Below, in pieces: positions 33,644-37,367 of a stretch of 37,367 nt of DNA. The notes below the pieces were generated by a model. That model was not told the DNA's origin and made no database searches. It saw only the letters and a list, made by a program, of their open reading frames with translations. Both the position numbers and the translations under genes were made by a program. The DNA is taken from the IMG/VR virus record IMGVR_UViG_3300042934_000563; one strand, given 5' to 3'. How positions within the stretch are numbered: position 1 is the first letter of the stretch; each line of letters opens with the position of its first letter. Source of the DNA: a virus (lineage: Duplodnaviria > Heunggongvirae > Uroviricota > Caudoviricetes).

Positions 33644-34534
33644 TTAGTTGTAGTACATGTAATGTTCGATGACTGTAACGCAACCGGGTGCGCCGTTTCC
33701 GCCGCTGGTGCGGCCACCTGTGACGGCTTCGGCGTTGCCTCCTCCTCCTCCGCCCGACGGGAATCCGCCGTTGCCTCCTCCGCCGTTACCTCCGCAACCG
33801 GACTGGAGATATTCCCAGTGCAGCGGCCTACCGGGGACGTGGAATCCGTTGCCTTCGATGGGTGGATTAGCGCCGGACGCGCCGCCCTTCGACCAGGGGT
33901 AGAACGTGGTTGTGGTGTTGCCGTACTGGTCGCCGTCGGACTCGTAGCGGCCTTGCCCACGTCCGCCTCCACCGCCGCCCGCGAGGGTGGATGTTTCGTT
34001 GATGCTGTCCGCGTTGGTGCGGAGGTAGTTTGCGCCGACGCCGCCACGAACGGGTGCGTAGCCGCCTGGTCCGCCGTACTGGTAGCCGGTGCGGTTCTCC
34101 CAGTGTTCGGTTTTGCCGCCGCCGAGCCCGCCGCCCGCGTAATAGATGTCGCCGAATGAGCTGGCTGTGCCGTCGCCGCCAGGAGCGAATGACGGGAACG
34201 TAGCGTGTCCTGTAGCGCCGATGCCGCCTTGTCCGATGGTGATGGGGATGGGGCCTAGCCCTATAACCTCTTCGACGCGGATGAGTCCTCGGGACATGGT
34301 GAGTCCGCCGCCGCCACCACCGACTCCGGGGTAGTTGCGGGCACTGGAGCCGCTTACGTAGTTGATGTTGCCTTCGGCGTCGACGTTGCTGTTGGACCAC
34401 GAACTACTCGAACGGTCACCCGAAGATCCGCCACCGCCGCCGCCGCGCACGATCACCTCGAAACTGTGCAGACCTTCGGGAGGTGTCCAGAATCCGTCTA
34501 CCTCGAATACGACGGCGTCGCTGGTGAGTGGCAT
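33644..34534 (-). CDS. glycine-rich minor tail protein, 296 aa
   Basis: GFWTPPEGLHSFEVIVRGGGGGG...GGNGAPGCVTVIEH, a glycine-rich tail domain pattern. Confidence 0.85.
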   Translation of the reverse strand: MPLTSDAVVFEVDGFWTPPEGLHSFEVIVRGGGGGGSSGDRSSSSWSNSNVDAEGNINYVSGSSARNYPGVGGGGGGLTMSRGLIRVEEVIGLGPIPITIGQGGIGATGHATFPSFAPGGDGTASSFGDIYYAGGGLGGGKTEHWENRTGYQYGGPGGYAPVRGGVGANYLRTNADSINETSTLAGGGGGGRGQGRYESDGDQYGNTTTTFYPWSKGGASGANPPIEGNGFHVPGRPLHWEYLQSGCGGNGGGGNGGFPSGGGGGGNAEAVTGGRTSGGNGAPGCVTVIEHYMYYN

Positions 34535-35577
34535 TAGACCATCCTCTCGATGATGAAGACGATGCCTTGTGCTCCGGGACCGCCCCGGCCTTGACTTGCA
34601 GCGCTACCAGCGCCACCACCACCACCGCCACCACCGGAGGGGGCCGAGCCTGCGCGGCCATTGCTCGCGTATGCGCCGCCACCTCCGCCGCCGCCGCCCG
34701 TCGCTGTGACAAGGGGAGCTATTGGCGCGTCGTTGCCGACGGTGCCGCCAGGGTTCAGTCCGCCGCGTCCGCCTGCCGAGCCGCCGCCGCCGCTGTTGCC
34801 GCCAGCGCCGCGCCCGCCAGCACCACCACCGCCGTAGAGTTCGTAGCCGGACAACGAGTCGGGGGATCCACCACTACCGAATCCACCTTTGACGAGTCCG
34901 AATCCGCCAGCGCCGCCACCGGATCCGTTGCCCCACGTACCGCCCTGTCCGCCGTAGGCGATGATGCCGTCGAATGTGGTGTTGCCGCCGCCCGTACCGC
35001 CGCCTTCGTTGCCGGTCGAACCCTGTCCTCCAGCGCCGATGTTGACTGTGATCGGTCGGGGGCTGCCATCTTCGTTGAACAGTGCTGCGCCGTTGATGGT
35101 GAAGTGGACTTCGCCGCCTCCGCCTCCGCCGTATCCGCCGTTCTGGTTGCCGCCGAGGACGTTCCATGCGCCTTGTCCGCCGCCAGCACCGCCAGCAAGC
35201 ATGATGACTTCGGCGCGCACGGTGCCGGGTGTTGCGAGGTACGTGCCGTTGCCGGAGATTGTGCGTGCGGTGCCGTGGATGGTGAGGGTGTCGACTTCGG
35301 CGCGTAGCTCCTGGATGGTCTGCGTGTGGTCGTTGATGATGGCGTTCTGTTGCTCTGCGAACGCCTGCCCTTGTCCGAGGGTGCCGAACAGTCCTCCGGT
35401 GAACGCGCGGACAACTAGTCCGAGGAGTCCACCGAGTCCGCCTTGCGCTCCGGTGAGTGCGCCGAACATGTCGCCGTTCATGCCTTCCGCCACGCTCTTC
35501 TGCGTGACGTTCTGCATGTTGGCGATGGTGGAGGGGGTGTAGGCGCGGGTGGGCATGTTCCGATCTGGTGAGGTCAT
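34534..35577 (-). CDS. glycine-rich minor tail protein, 347 aa
   Basis: EVIMLAGGAGGG...ITVNIGAGG...GAQGIVFIIE. Confidence 0.85.
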   Translation of the reverse strand: MTSPDRNMPTRAYTPSTIANMQNVTQKSVAEGMNGDMFGALTGAQGGLGGLLGLVVRAFTGGLFGTLGQGQAFAEQQNAIINDHTQTIQELRAEVDTLTIHGTARTISGNGTYLATPGTVRAEVIMLAGGAGGGQGAWNVLGGNQNGGYGGGGGGEVHFTINGAALFNEDGSPRPITVNIGAGGQGSTGNEGGGTGGGNTTFDGIIAYGGQGGTWGNGSGGGAGGFGLVKGGFGSGGSPDSLSGYELYGGGGAGGRGAGGNSGGGGSAGGRGGLNPGGTVGNDAPIAPLVTATGGGGGGGGAYASNGRAGSAPSGGGGGGGGAGSAASQGRGGPGAQGIVFIIERMV

Positions 35578-36069
35578 CTACTCGCCTTCCGTGACGGGGA
35601 CGATGTTCTGGATGATCTCTGCGCCTTCGGCGTCTTCGCGTGCGAGGGTGTCGGCGCTGGCAATTTTGATTTTGCGGATCTTCTCCGCTTCGATTGCGCG
35701 CTCCAGCATCTCGATTTGTGCGGTCGGCACGCCCTCCAGGCTGATCTCGGGGACATCGTCGACCTCGGGGACATCTACGTCGATGTCCACCCATGTGCCG
35801 GGGTTGTAGACGACGTTGGGGCCGTGGAGGGGTGGCACGTACTTGATTTCGATGGCGTCGTCGTGGAGTTTGAATCCGACTCGCTCCATGTGGATCGCCA
35901 TGAGGTTCAGCACTTGGAGGGAGTGGTTCATCGGGACCTCCCCGTTGAAGCCCATGGGGATCGCTTTGACGCGGTGGACCCACGGGTGGGGTGCCGAGTC
36001 GTACGGGTAGAGGTCCAGGTATTCCGCGAGGGTGCGGCGCGGTGTTGTGGGATCGGTTGGTGAGGTCAT
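35578..36069 (-). CDS. minor tail protein (DUF2744-like), 163 aa
   Basis: HPW...IPMG...HMERVGF...IKYVPP...NPGTWVDID; located in the tail gene block. Confidence 0.75.
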   Translation of the reverse strand: MTSPTDPTTPRRTLAEYLDLYPYDSAPHPWVHRVKAIPMGFNGEVPMNHSLQVLNLMAIHMERVGFKLHDDAIEIKYVPPLHGPNVVYNPGTWVDIDVDVPEVDDVPEISLEGVPTAQIEMLERAIEAEKIRKIKIASADTLAREDAEGAEIIQNIVPVTEGE

Positions 36070-36078
36070 TGTGTGCTC

Positions 36079-37365
36079 CTAGCTGTCCACGCCGAGGGAT
36101 TGGATGATGGTTCGTACTTGCTCCAGCTGGTGCGAGAGGAGTGCGCCAGGCTGCCGTTCAGCGCTGGAGTCGCCGAGTTTTAGGTCCCACTTCGGGTCCT
36201 GGTCGCGGCTCCAGGAGAGGCCGGTCCCGTCGATCTGGTCGACGTAGAGCTGCCCGATGCCGTCGACGGTGGCACCGACTTCGCCGGATGCGCGGTCGCC
36301 GAGGGTGAGGTGCCGGTTGATGCGGTAGGGGGCGGAGTCGACGATCTCGAATTTGAACGACGTGTAGGCGCGTGTCTTCCAGAGGCCGATGCGGATGGCT
36401 TGCAGTGCGGAGACGGAGAAGCCGGTGCCGCCTGTGTTTTCCCAGTGCTCGCCGTACTGGTTGCGTCCGGTGATGCCTTGCCGGACGGGGTGGCCGACGC
36501 GATGGAATGCCAGGATGACATCTTCGACTTGCTTGTCGAACAGGCCGAGAGCCAGACCAGGGTTTCCAAAGAGCATCCCAAGGTAACCCAATGCGGCGTT
36601 AAGGAGTAGCTTGATGCCACTGTTCACCCACGACGGCGATTTTCCGCCCGTGACAACGGCTGTTGCCAGAGTTTTGTGAACGACCATTTCCCACGACGAG
36701 ATGCCGGAGAGGCCGGTCCGCATACCGTTGCGGAACGATACCCACGGGGCCTCGTTGATGGTGCCGAGGAATCCGGGCTGACTGTACTGCGGGGGCGGTG
36801 TGCCCCAATCGAGGGTGTCGATCACCTCGGATACGCCGTCGGAGAGGATGGTCGCCGCTAGCTTGATGAGTCCGTCGAGGACGGTGCCGGACGGTCCGCG
36901 TACGCCGGACTTGTCGACTACGTCCAGGAGGAGCGTCGGCAAGGTCAGCGTCATATGGTCTGGTGCGGGCTGTGGATCTCCGGCGAATACGCCGTCGGCT
37001 GGCATCCACCGATCGGTGAGGACCTGGAGGCCCGCGTCTTTCAGGGTGGGTGCGATGACATCGTGGAGGTTGCCGAAGCGGGTGGTGAGGACAGTCCACA
37101 TCGACGTGTCCGCGAGGAAGTTGGACATGGGTCGGACGATGATGGGCCACGTTGCGGGGTTGAGGTTCGTCCGCCAGGAGCTGGACGAGAAAATGTCCTC
37201 GGGGAGGGCCCAGAGGGGGCCGAACCGTCGCAACAAGTTAAGGAACATTAGCCCACGGATGCCAGCGACCGAGGGGCCCGCGTACATCCACAACTTAGGC
37301 CACTGAAACTCCGGGGGGAGGATCGGATTTGAATAACAGATTACCTTTTTGACGTGTTCGTAGTC
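36079..37365 (-). CDS. minor tail protein (mycobacteriophage gp28-like), 5'-truncated by the window edge
   Basis: Frame is open to the window end (...YEHVKKVICYSNPILPPEFQWPKLWMYAGP...); contains QVEDVILAF and GLWKTR. Confidence 0.85.
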   Translation of the reverse strand, partial: DYEHVKKVICYSNPILPPEFQWPKLWMYAGPSVAGIRGLMFLNLLRRFGPLWALPEDIFSSSSWRTNLNPATWPIIVRPMSNFLADTSMWTVLTTRFGNLHDVIAPTLKDAGLQVLTDRWMPADGVFAGDPQPAPDHMTLTLPTLLLDVVDKSGVRGPSGTVLDGLIKLAATILSDGVSEVIDTLDWGTPPPQYSQPGFLGTINEAPWVSFRNGMRTGLSGISSWEMVVHKTLATAVVTGGKSPSWVNSGIKLLLNAALGYLGMLFGNPGLALGLFDKQVEDVILAFHRVGHPVRQGITGRNQYGEHWENTGGTGFSVSALQAIRIGLWKTRAYTSFKFEIVDSAPYRINRHLTLGDRASGEVGATVDGIGQLYVDQIDGTGLSWSRDQDPKWDLKLGDSSAERQPGALLSHQLEQVRTIIQSLGVDS

Positions 37366-37367
37366 GT

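Noticed and set aside
35575-35580. In-frame TAG-ATG junction between tail genes as programmed readthrough
   Set aside because: Abutting genes are common in tail modules. There is no slippery or readthrough signal, and both ORFs look like complete known gene types.
1-37367. tRNA genes, integrase/attP, introns/inteins, reverse transcriptase or DGR
   Set aside because: No cloverleaf with a T-loop, no recombinase or RT motifs, and no intein-sized insertions in the PolA, helicase or primase genes seen by eye. tRNAscan/ARAGORN and HMM scans would be decisive.

Overview
A 37.4 kb internal segment of a high-GC actinobacteriophage genome, probably a siphovirus of a Gordonia/Rhodococcus/Mycobacterium-type host. 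The host and morphotype are inferred from gene content only. Layout: (1-2825, +) small hypothetical genes including a ribbon-helix-helix protein; (2902-7627, -) a prim-pol/SF3 helicase followed by a translationally coupled chain of small Cys-rich ORFs; (7877-16089, +) an accessory region with a tandem array of paralogous small genes and repeated promoter-gene-hairpin cassettes; (16172-24584, +) a replication/recombination module (PolA, DEDDh exonuclease, RuvC-like resolvase, SNF2 helicase, PD-(D/E)xK nuclease, Sak4-like ATPase, SSB-like protein); (24759-30261, +) a MoxR AAA+ / unknown / VWA trio plus one small gene; (30311-37367, -) minor tail genes and a lysis cassette (lysin A, holin, three further membrane proteins). 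I saw no integrase, repressor, tRNA or CRISPR array. The strongest unexplained signal is six adjacent small genes (9537-11017) that all place an Arg-His dipeptide exactly 12 residues from the C-terminus, with a probable seventh member nearby. Other signals are a four-copy promoter cassette array, a structured 300-nt non-coding island and a palindromic operator-like motif upstream of three replication genes. All calls come from reading the sequence; no database search was run.
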